Positions 28,380 to 36,684 of a DNA stretch of 64,000 nt are shown piece after piece. The DNA is taken from assembly GCA_964519725.1 (NCBI GenBank), contig CAZFKS010000003.1:15821-79820 (forward strand), written 5' to 3'. The translations under genes were made by a program, and so were the position numbers. Source of the stretch: an uncultured Gammaproteobacteria bacterium (lineage in GTDB: Bacteria; Patescibacteriota; Patescibacteriia; Magasanikbacterales; UBA922). Each line of letters starts with the position of its first letter. Within the stretch, counting starts at the first letter, position 1. The notes beneath the pieces were generated by a model that was given only the letters and a program-made list of their open reading frames with translations, made no database searches and had not been told where the DNA came from.

Positions 28380-29816
28380 TTAATTTTCTAGAATTTTGAG
28401 GATAGCTTGGCGGAGTTTTTTCTGGTCTACAATTTCCTGGTTACCAGACTCCATATTCCGAATCAAAACCGTACCATCTTGGACCTCTTTTTGACCCAAA
28501 ATTAAGGTGTGAGTGGTGCCGTACTTGTTGGCCAGTTCCATTTGGGTCTTGAGTGAGGCTTTGGCCAAGTTGTGACGGACCATGATTCCACCCTGGCGCA
28601 GTTCTTCAATTAATTTAAGCACACGACGACGAGCCTGTTCACCAAGTTGAGCAAAGAAAATCACTGGCTTAGTACTTGGAGCTGGGGCTTCCGCCATCTT
28701 TTGGGCGCGTTCAACCGCACTGGCCACGCGTTCGAGACCAATTGCAAACCCAGCCGCTGGAGTTGGTTGACCACCTAATTGCTCAATGAGTAAATCATAA
28801 CGACCACCACCACCCAGAGCACTTTGGGCACTTTCATCAGTACCCTCAGTGTAATATTCAAAGACTGTGTGGGTGTAATAATCAAGTCCACGCACCAAAG
28901 TTGGTGTCAAAACGTATGGAATACTTAATTCATCAAGATATTCAAGTACACTCATGAAAAAAGCTTTTGAACTTTCAGCGAGCCAGTCTACAATTTGTGG
29001 GGCCTCAGCCACCACACCCGCGCAACTTTCTACTTTACAATCTAAAACGCGAAGTGGATTTTTTAAGAGACGCTTTTTACAATCTTCACAAAGATAAGCA
29101 CGCTTACCACGCAGGTAGCCAACCAATTCAACCAAATATTGTTCCCGATCTTGTGGCGTACCAAGTGAGTTAATACGTACGGTTACATTTAAACCAAGCT
29201 CACGTAGGTAATTGTAACCAACCGCAATTAATTCTGCGTCAATCACTGGCGCTGACTCACCAATTGTTTCACAATCAAACTGGTGAAATTCACGATAACG
29301 ACCAGCTTGGGGGCGATCATAACGGAAAAGTGGACCAATACTCCACATTTTTACTGGCTGTGATTGGGTGTGTAAACCGTGCATGACAAACGCGCGCGCT
29401 ACTGAGGCAGTCATTTCTGGACGAAGCGCTAATTTACCACCATCACGATCTTCAAATACATACATTTCTTTATCAACTACATCAGTACCACGACCAACCG
29501 CGCGTACAAATAGTGACGCCATTTCTACGGTTGGCGTTTCAAAATAGTGAAAGTCGTAAGCAGTCGCAATGTTGGCGGCATTTTGCCACAACCGCAACCA
29601 CTCATCACCTTGTGGTGGCAAAATATCTTTCATGCCGCGCACCAAAGCCAATTGACTAGCCGTTTTTTTATTATCTTCAGCCGGTGCAGCGACCGCTTTT
29701 ACTGGGGCAACTTTTTTTACTGGCGCTGGTTTAGCTACTGCTTTAGCCGCCACTTTCATTGGCTTGGCTGGGGCTTTTGGCGCTAGTTTCTTTTTAACTT
29801 CTTTTTTTGGTGACAT
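28380..29816 (-). CDS. hisS: histidyl-tRNA synthetase with N-terminal Lys/Ala/Pro-rich extension
   Basis: Class II aaRS / HisRS motifs (RGMKDILP, RPEMTASVARA, GGGRYD). Start taken at ATG 29816 (MSPKKEVKKKLAPKAPAKP...). Confidence 0.9.
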   Translation of the reverse strand: MSPKKEVKKKLAPKAPAKPMKVAAKAVAKPAPVKKVAPVKAVAAPAEDNKKTASQLALVRGMKDILPPQGDEWLRLWQNAANIATAYDFHYFETPTVEMASLFVRAVGRGTDVVDKEMYVFEDRDGGKLALRPEMTASVARAFVMHGLHTQSQPVKMWSIGPLFRYDRPQAGRYREFHQFDCETIGESAPVIDAELIAVGYNYLRELGLNVTVRINSLGTPQDREQYLVELVGYLRGKRAYLCEDCKKRLLKNPLRVLDCKVESCAGVVAEAPQIVDWLAESSKAFFMSVLEYLDELSIPYVLTPTLVRGLDYYTHTVFEYYTEGTDESAQSALGGGGRYDLLIEQLGGQPTPAAGFAIGLERVASAVERAQKMAEAPAPSTKPVIFFAQLGEQARRRVLKLIEELRQGGIMVRHNLAKASLKTQMELANKYGTTHTLILGQKEVQDGTVLIRNMESGNQEIVDQKKLRQAILKILEN

Positions 29817-29821
29817 ACAAA

Positions 29822-30427
29822 TTAGTAGGTAGGATGGGAAAAGGCAGTCAAACGTGACACTGGCCAACCGCGTAACCAGACGCGACCAACAATGTCAGCT
29901 TTATCAATCGCGCCAAAGCGGCGGGAATCAAAACTAGCATCACGATTATCCCCCATCACAAAATATTGATTTTGCCCAAGGGTGATGGTAATTGTGCCTG
30001 GGGTTTCTTCGGTTAAATAACTTTCGGTTAATACCATACCTTGCGGATTGGCGTCATTGTAGACAATTACTTTATTGCCATCCACTTTTACGCGCTCGCC
30101 AGGGAGGCCAATCACGCGTTTCAAGAAAAAATCATCAGTTGGACGGTAATGAAACACAATTACTTCACCCCGTTCTGGCTCGCGGAAACGGTAAGATAAT
30201 TCATCAATAATTAAATAATCCCGTTCTTCAAAATTTGGTTCCATGGACTGGCCTTTCACGTAAAACGGCTTGAACAAAAAGTAACGCACCAGACCAATCG
30301 TGAGACCAGCCAAAACCGCAATTTTAATAAGTTCAAACAGGACACTGCCTGCCTTACTCAAAAAACTCCGCTTTGGTTGATGGAGCTCCTCTAAGACCTC
30401 GGCATCACTAGTTTTTTCTTCTTCCAT
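29822..30427 (-). CDS. lepB: signal peptidase I
   Basis: GQSMEPNF (Ser box), RVIGLPGERV, GDNRDASFDSRRFG boxes; 201 aa. Confidence 0.85.
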   Translation of the reverse strand: MEEEKTSDAEVLEELHQPKRSFLSKAGSVLFELIKIAVLAGLTIGLVRYFLFKPFYVKGQSMEPNFEERDYLIIDELSYRFREPERGEVIVFHYRPTDDFFLKRVIGLPGERVKVDGNKVIVYNDANPQGMVLTESYLTEETPGTITITLGQNQYFVMGDNRDASFDSRRFGAIDKADIVGRVWLRGWPVSRLTAFSHPTY

Positions 30428-30494
30428 AGGGTATAAATTTATTTAAATATACTGTTTTTTTGGCCTGTTGTCAACCGCGCCAATCTGCGCCATA

Positions 30495-31145
30495 ATGTCT
30501 AAATCTATGACTTCCTCCCCTATTTCTGAGATTCTAACTGACCTGGCCGCAGGCCGACTGGTCTTGGTTTTTGATGATAATCCTGGGCGTGAGCTTGAGG
30601 CAGATTTGGTGGGCGCAGCCAGCCTCATTACCCCGGAACAGATCCGGTTTATGGCTCATTTTGGCGGTGGGATTATTTGTGTGCCCCTGACTGGCGAACG
30701 GCTAGATGCCCTGCAAATTCCAAACATGGTCAGGAACAATCACGACCCCCTAGGCACAGCTTGGACCGTGTCAGTGGATGCGCTTGGCACCGGGACTGGT
30801 ATTTCGGCTTTTGACCGGACTACTACTATTCACCGTTTGATTGACCCACAAGCAGTGAGCACAGATTTTATTCAGCCTGGCCACGTGTTTCCCCTTCGCG
30901 CCCGAGCTGGTGGTGTTTTGGAGCGGCCTGGTCACACTGAATCTTCGGTTGATTTAATGCGTTTAGCTGGCCTTGAGCCAGCGGCCGTAATTTGTGAAAT
31001 CATGTTGCCAACTGGCTACATGGCCCGCGAACCAGAAACACTTGAATTTGCGCGCGCACATAATTTGAAAATGTGCCGGATTAGTGAAATTATTGCAGCC
31101 GTGAAAAATGTTCCCACGGTCAAAACTTTGGTATACTCTAATTAA
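30495..31145 (+). CDS. ribB: 3,4-dihydroxy-2-butanone 4-phosphate synthase
   Basis: RLVLVFDDNPGRELEADLVGAA...ICVPL...GHTESSVDLMRLAGL DHBP-synthase motifs. Start at ATG 30495 (track ORF begins at an upstream TTG). Confidence 0.85.
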   Translation: MSKSMTSSPISEILTDLAAGRLVLVFDDNPGRELEADLVGAASLITPEQIRFMAHFGGGIICVPLTGERLDALQIPNMVRNNHDPLGTAWTVSVDALGTGTGISAFDRTTTIHRLIDPQAVSTDFIQPGHVFPLRARAGGVLERPGHTESSVDLMRLAGLEPAAVICEIMLPTGYMAREPETLEFARAHNLKMCRISEIIAAVKNVPTVKTLVYSN

Positions 31146-31159
31146 TTTTAATTAAAACT

Positions 31160-31747
31160 ATGAAAAAATCTTTGCTAGTTACCTTGGCCGCAGTCGCTTT
31201 AATTGGTGGCGGCTGTTCTAAGCCAGTTGCCCCAACCAGTACGGCAGTGGTTCCAGCTGGTTACCAGACTTATGATGCCAAGTATTACCGATTTAGCATT
31301 AGCCATCCGGCTGATTGGACTGCCACAGCAAGTGATGGGCAATCAAATATTGCCGCAGAATTTACCTCACCTCTTAAAAATTCCGCCGACACCTTTAGTG
31401 AAAATTTAAATGTTATTGAAACTGGTTTAACAGGAAAAGTTACACTTGAGGATTTTTTTGAACGCGGCCGCGCGCAAAATCAAAACGCCCAGGATTACAA
31501 AGAAATTAGTAACACTGACACAGTGCTTGATGGTTATCCAGCCAAGCGTTTGGAGTTTGAATTTACTTACCCGTTGGAAAGCGGTGCAGCTACTTTGAAT
31601 GCACACATGATTCAATACGCGGCCCTCAGTAATGCCAGTGCTTACACCATTACTTGTACACTACTGAAAGAAACTGCTAAAGAATACGTTGACACGTGCG
31701 ACAAAATGGTTGCTTCACTGAAAATTCACGCTGAGGCAAATAAATAA
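31160..31747 (+). CDS. lipoprotein
   Basis: MKKSLLVTLAAVALIGGGCS signal peptide with lipobox Cys; 195 aa. Confidence 0.7.
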   Translation: MKKSLLVTLAAVALIGGGCSKPVAPTSTAVVPAGYQTYDAKYYRFSISHPADWTATASDGQSNIAAEFTSPLKNSADTFSENLNVIETGLTGKVTLEDFFERGRAQNQNAQDYKEISNTDTVLDGYPAKRLEFEFTYPLESGAATLNAHMIQYAALSNASAYTITCTLLKETAKEYVDTCDKMVASLKIHAEANK

Positions 31748-31754
31748 TCAAATA

Positions 31755-31806
31755 AAAAATCCCCCCTGATCCGTCAGTTGACGGACGAAGGGGGATTTTT
31801 TATTTT
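31755..31806 (+). terminator. strong rho-independent terminator (nested hairpin ATCCCCC...CCGTC-AGTT-GACGG...GGGGGAT followed by T-run)
   Basis: Long GC stem directly after the lipoprotein stop, followed by TTTTTTATTTT. The low-GC block ends here. Confidence 0.7.
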
Positions 31807-32076
31807 CGGTGTGGGCCCAGAGCAACGACGTCACGAACCAGATTCACGGTACCGACGTCGCGGAGGCGCCTCCGGCAAATAATAATAACTTCGTGAACAT
31901 CCGGCCGCACTTTGACAAGATCCTCAAAGGACAACCGGACTGAGCGCCGGTCGGGTTGCATTGGGGACGCAGTCCGTGGTGACGCGTGAGCCCTTTCGCC
32001 TCACTACAGGGAGCGCACGGTAGTTCATAGACGTTGTGTCCGCGTGCCGCTTCTGGTACCAAAGCTCCGGAGGCCC

Positions 32077-32466
32077 ATGGTGAAAACGATCAGGCAAGTC
32101 AAAATTCAGGCGCACAGCCAGAGCCTCCGGAAGGCGGCCCGGTTGGTGGCAGAACAGTTGACCGAAACGCCGGCTCCGACCGGAGATTCTCCGTCACGCG
32201 ACTTCCGGAAATCCCTGGAACTTGCTCTACGTACGAGCGATCAGCGAGCCCTGGATTGGTACCGGCGCGGCCTGGAGTACGGAATGCGCGTCGCTACCGA
32301 CCTGATCTGCGACGGCACGCTCGTGTTCGCGGATGGATGGCTGACCGCACCCGGCGCGACCCGTGAGCAGCTGGTTGTGAAGAGGTGGGTCAAGCTGAAA
32401 GGCCGAGCGCGAGCGCAAAGGACGTTCAGAATCAAGCTTGCTCGTCTCGGTTTCGATACAAAGTGA
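32077..32466 (+). CDS. hypothetical protein
   Basis: ATG at 32077 preceded by GGAGG 5 nt upstream; GC-rich third positions; 129 aa; no recognised domain. Confidence 0.4.
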   Translation: MVKTIRQVKIQAHSQSLRKAARLVAEQLTETPAPTGDSPSRDFRKSLELALRTSDQRALDWYRRGLEYGMRVATDLICDGTLVFADGWLTAPGATREQLVVKRWVKLKGRARAQRTFRIKLARLGFDTK

Positions 32467-32514
32467 ACTGCTGGCGCGCGAGTCTTCGACGTTGCGGGTC
32501 GTAGCCTCACCACG

Positions 32515-33183
32515 ATGAAGCACTCGATACAAGTGCTCACTTCCGTGGTCGGGGTGAATGGTCCGCGACTTCCTGACGTCACTGAGTCGGCCCTCGGCGC
32601 TGTCGAGATGTTGTACGACGGCGGCTCGCGCGTAGATTTCCGTGTTTCCTATCTCGCATGGCGGTCTTTGTCAGTTGTCTCTGACGGTCGCGTAGAGAGC
32701 GTTCGGCTGCAGGTCCAGCGGACGGCCTACGTGCGATTCCTTCGCCACGACAACGTCATCCTGGTTCATGGTCGCTCGCGAGCGTGGCCAACGCTCAGTG
32801 CCGTCCTATGGCCCAACCTGTCGACGCGCCCGCACATCACGGCTCCGACGTGGAGTCTACGGCCTGTCATCGAGGGCGCGTCAACCGATACGCCACTGCG
32901 GCTCCTCAATGTGAGGCTGCAGGACGTAGTCGTGGATTCGATGCTGGCTTCCACCATCGTTTTCGGGCATATTGATGCTAGCCGTCTGATTCCCCTTCTT
33001 GCACGAACACACGCACAGGTGCGAAGCTTTGAGGTTGTGGTCGAGTCCAGGCCTCCCTGCCGAGTAACGCTTCATGCGGATGGCCGGTGTCGGCTGGTCC
33101 TCGATGACAGTCCCCTCGACGCACTCGCGCGTTTTGAAGCCATAGCTAGGGAGCTTGGCTATTTCCCGAGGAGGGAGCCGTAG
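32515..33183 (+). CDS. hypothetical protein (first of three co-directional unknowns)
   Basis: 222-aa ORF; stop TAG abuts the ATG of the next gene (33184). Confidence 0.45.
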   Translation: MKHSIQVLTSVVGVNGPRLPDVTESALGAVEMLYDGGSRVDFRVSYLAWRSLSVVSDGRVESVRLQVQRTAYVRFLRHDNVILVHGRSRAWPTLSAVLWPNLSTRPHITAPTWSLRPVIEGASTDTPLRLLNVRLQDVVVDSMLASTIVFGHIDASRLIPLLARTHAQVRSFEVVVESRPPCRVTLHADGRCRLVLDDSPLDALARFEAIARELGYFPRREP

Positions 33184-34089
33184 ATGGGCGGTGAGCAGGG
33201 TCAGGAGGGCTGGGCCAACATCAAGCTCTTCTCGGAGCATGCAAGGCAACTGGGCTGGAGAACGTGGGGCGGGCTTGATCGAAACGCACCCTGCGACGCC
33301 TGTCCAGCGCGCAGATCGGGTGACAAAGCGAGCCACGGCGTCGACGGGTTGTTCTCCTTCGCGTGCCCCTTCCTCCGACGAGAGCGAGCCGTAGTGGTCG
33401 ATGGAAAGCGTTATGCGATGGGCTCCGTTGGCGGTCCCGCGAAGCTGAAGGAATGGATTTCTGCGGGAACCAAAGTGGCCGACCATTTGTCTCGCTCCGC
33501 CTCTGCGCTGCAGGAACAGAGGTCGATTCCTGCGGATGTCACCACGAGCTTAGACACGTCAATCATCGCCTGGGATTGCGAGGATGGATGGGATTCTGAG
33601 AAGGCCGAGGGTTGGCTCTCGGAAAGCGTCCTCGAGCTCCGGCCGGAGAAGGCCATCCAGTCGCTGATCCTGACCAAGGACCGCCTGGACTGGCTCGCCA
33701 CGCTTTCCAACTTCTCTCGCCTCCACGAAGAACTGGAGTTGTACTACTTCCTGGAGCCCACCCCCCTGTGGCATCACGTCCTTGTGCCTGAGGCGCTTTT
33801 TTGGCATTTCATTCGCGTGAGGTACAGCGCGTTGGGTTCTGCCAAGTCCGGAGTGCTCATTCCCAACTGGCATGGTGCGCCGCTAGCCCGATCTATCCTC
33901 AAGTTCCTCGCATCCTCAGACGGACTCTCGACGGACTTGACCTTCTTCGTCCGCTCGCCGAAGCACACGGTTCCGCAAGTCACCGAGGTACTAACGACAG
34001 AACGAGACGCACTGTTACATAAGTTCGACCCGAACCGTCGGCGAGCCATTCACGTCGAACAAATGACCTCAGTGCTTTTCTCTTCCTAA
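33184..34089 (+). CDS. hypothetical protein
   Basis: 301-aa ORF immediately following the previous stop. No recognised domain. Confidence 0.45.
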   Translation: MGGEQGQEGWANIKLFSEHARQLGWRTWGGLDRNAPCDACPARRSGDKASHGVDGLFSFACPFLRRERAVVVDGKRYAMGSVGGPAKLKEWISAGTKVADHLSRSASALQEQRSIPADVTTSLDTSIIAWDCEDGWDSEKAEGWLSESVLELRPEKAIQSLILTKDRLDWLATLSNFSRLHEELELYYFLEPTPLWHHVLVPEALFWHFIRVRYSALGSAKSGVLIPNWHGAPLARSILKFLASSDGLSTDLTFFVRSPKHTVPQVTEVLTTERDALLHKFDPNRRRAIHVEQMTSVLFSS

Positions 34090-34101
34090 CGAGGGTGAAA
34101 C

Positions 34102-35175
34102 TTGAAGGCGGAGCAACACTTCCCGACTGCTTCAGACGTAGAGGCACTGCTGGCAGGGAGCAAGACGGCTGACATCCGTGCGTCGCTTGCCCCAGAAGGA
34201 ATATTCCTCGCCTGCCCAGTAGGGCGAATCCCCGAGTTCATGGGCCGCTACCTCCTTGAAGAGGACTGGTATTCCGATCTCATTGAGTCGGTCGAACAAA
34301 AGCGCCGTGGCTTCTCGATCACCGGAACGCGCGTGTCCCTACCAGCGAGCGAGGTCAGGAAGATCGTGGAGGCGCAATCTCTTGCAACGCCTCTGGTCCC
34401 AGGTCCGGATCCCATCTGGATAACGAGCCCGCATGTGACCGCTAACGTCTTTCGATTTCAGGTCGAATACGAGAAGAGAAAGGCGAACAAGGCCTCCTTT
34501 TTCCAAAGAGAACGGCGGAGCTTCTGGCTGGAGGTGTACCCGGGCGACGGCTCACCGGGCGGTGGCGCCGAAACCGACGTCGTCGGGTTCACTGCGTCCA
34601 ACGGCGACGCCCTAGCGGCCCGTCGCGCGTTCGAGGTCCTCGTGGGCAAGTACGTCGTCGACGTCCATCTCGAAGACCTGCCCCTTCCTGCGAGAGTAAC
34701 AGCTTTCGACCAGCTTCTCGCATCGGAAGGGCTTGCCACGTACCGCGTTGCAGAAAGTTGTGGGTTTACCATCCGACGCGGACATGACGAGACCGACGAC
34801 GTCGATGATGCTCAGATGCACCTCTTGAATTCTGCCATCCTTGAGGGGCGCTCCCTCCGTACCCATCCCTTCGTTGAGGATCTCATCGGAAAGAGCTACT
34901 ATTTCTCCGCGACAACATTCTGGGCGACGTCGCGGCTCCAAGTGAGTGATAACAGCGAGCTGAAGGTAGCCGTGAGCTTCAAGCAGAACCCAAAGGTCAT
35001 CTTGGTTTCCGTGGGAGGAAAGCGGACTCCGACCGAGGGCGACGGTTGGGACCATGGTGTCCCCACGAAGGCGGAAGCGTCGACCGTCGCGCTGGCATAT
35101 TGGCGGCACCTGTACTCCGTCCTGCAAGAGCAAAAGCACGTCGCAGACCAGTCCGGTCTAATTATTACTGGCTAG
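34102..35175 (+). CDS. hypothetical protein
   Basis: 357-aa ORF 12 nt after the previous stop. No recognised domain. Confidence 0.5.
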   Translation: MKAEQHFPTASDVEALLAGSKTADIRASLAPEGIFLACPVGRIPEFMGRYLLEEDWYSDLIESVEQKRRGFSITGTRVSLPASEVRKIVEAQSLATPLVPGPDPIWITSPHVTANVFRFQVEYEKRKANKASFFQRERRSFWLEVYPGDGSPGGGAETDVVGFTASNGDALAARRAFEVLVGKYVVDVHLEDLPLPARVTAFDQLLASEGLATYRVAESCGFTIRRGHDETDDVDDAQMHLLNSAILEGRSLRTHPFVEDLIGKSYYFSATTFWATSRLQVSDNSELKVAVSFKQNPKVILVSVGGKRTPTEGDGWDHGVPTKAEASTVALAYWRHLYSVLQEQKHVADQSGLIITG

Positions 35176-35375
35176 CGGCAGCAGCTCTCGGAATCGGAGG
35201 GAGTCGCAGGACAGTGCGGGCGCGAGATGATCGTGCTCAGGCACGCGCAGACGTCAGCGGTGTCAGAAACCAGGCCCTCGCCGAGCCAAGCGACTTTCCT
35301 GGACATCCCGGGTGACGCCTCGTGCATCGGGTCGGTCCGTTGGCAACGGGCGTGCCGCTCGCGACTACTACCCAC

Positions 35376-36434
35376 TTACGCACGGTCCAAACTCAGCAAG
35401 TCCAGCAGCTCTCCATCAGCCGCCACGCTCGCACTCGGCATGATGAGATCTAGGTGATGACCTGTATCGTTCGGAGAGCCGTCATCGCGAAGCCCAGGGA
35501 CCTCGATGCCAAAGCCAAGGTGAGGCCCGACACATCGTTCTTCCCACGAATAGTCCAGTCCTGGAACGCTACGTATCGCGGGGTGCGTGCCGATTCCAAA
35601 CTCAGCTAGGCGATTGGCGCCCTTCTCGTCAAAGAAGCAGTACATGAGGTCATCTCGAAGCCCAGGCACATCAGCGTCTACTTCGACGATGTAGCCACTG
35701 CGAACAACGAGCCGAACGCAGGGGTCGTGCATATAACCATACTTCCGTCCGACGGGGATTGTCCCGTTGAACGCACCATCCATGACGATTACGCCATCTG
35801 CTCGTAGTGGCTTACTCGCCACTTCACCGGCAGGTAGTTCGTACTGATGGGCAGGAGTACCGTCGCAGTTCTCCCAAACATCGGATGCGAGCGTGATGTG
35901 CAGGTCAGTGCCAGCAGGGCTGGTGATGTGAAAGGCGGTCTTCTTGCCGAGCTGCGCGAGAAGCATGCTATTGCGCCGAGAAATAATGTCGCCTGGCTCT
36001 CGGAAAAAGACCGAGAAGAGTTGATCCGTTAGATCGCGCGCAAGTCGGTACTGACCGGCATCACGGATGTGCCACCGGAGATGCTCCTGAAGCCACAGCT
36101 GAGACAGGGGCGGGTCGCTGGATCGATATCTGGTCGCATAGAAGTTCAGAACCATGGGCTCATCGGGGAGTAAGCCGCAAAGTTCGTTCTCGACCGCGCC
36201 CCAGGCGCTGTCCGAGACGTCAGTCCGTAGGAGAACAGTTTTCGCGCCGGCGTCGGCGCACAACCTAGCGATGCGGCCAACTGCGCCTGTGACCGGAGCG
36301 TCGTGTAGAAGCACTACGACGTCTCGGAGAGTTCCCCGCAGATATGAGTCGAAGAAGTTTCGTGCGGCGATGTCCAGCGACGCTTGGGCATCACCGTTCA
36401 CTACTTGCCGCCAATGATGCAGTTGTATGCCCAC
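35376..36434 (-). CDS. peptidase M29 (aminopeptidase T/S)-like protein
   Basis: C-terminal LAEFGIGTHPAI and GHHLDLIM resemble the GEFGIGTN / HxDx metal-ligand motifs of M29 aminopeptidases; 352 aa. Confidence 0.45.
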   Translation of the reverse strand: MGIQLHHWRQVVNGDAQASLDIAARNFFDSYLRGTLRDVVVLLHDAPVTGAVGRIARLCADAGAKTVLLRTDVSDSAWGAVENELCGLLPDEPMVLNFYATRYRSSDPPLSQLWLQEHLRWHIRDAGQYRLARDLTDQLFSVFFREPGDIISRRNSMLLAQLGKKTAFHITSPAGTDLHITLASDVWENCDGTPAHQYELPAGEVASKPLRADGVIVMDGAFNGTIPVGRKYGYMHDPCVRLVVRSGYIVEVDADVPGLRDDLMYCFFDEKGANRLAEFGIGTHPAIRSVPGLDYSWEERCVGPHLGFGIEVPGLRDDGSPNDTGHHLDLIMPSASVAADGELLDLLSLDRA

Positions 36435-36684
36435 TTCTTGCAGGCAGTCAGAGGCAGATTGATATCCGCTTGACGGGGCTCAAGCCCTTCGGTCGGAAGA
36501 TGGCTGCGCGGTGGATGTGCACTGCCGCCCTGCTCGTTGCCCTTCACATCCTTGATGGCAGCATTCGGTACTCGCAGCATACTAGTCTCCTGTCGGTCCT
36601 AAGGGTCGAATGCTACAGGTGACATGGCCGCGAGGCAAGCTCCTCTCCACAAGATTGTCAGCCGTCGTCCGCCATCGCGGCGCT

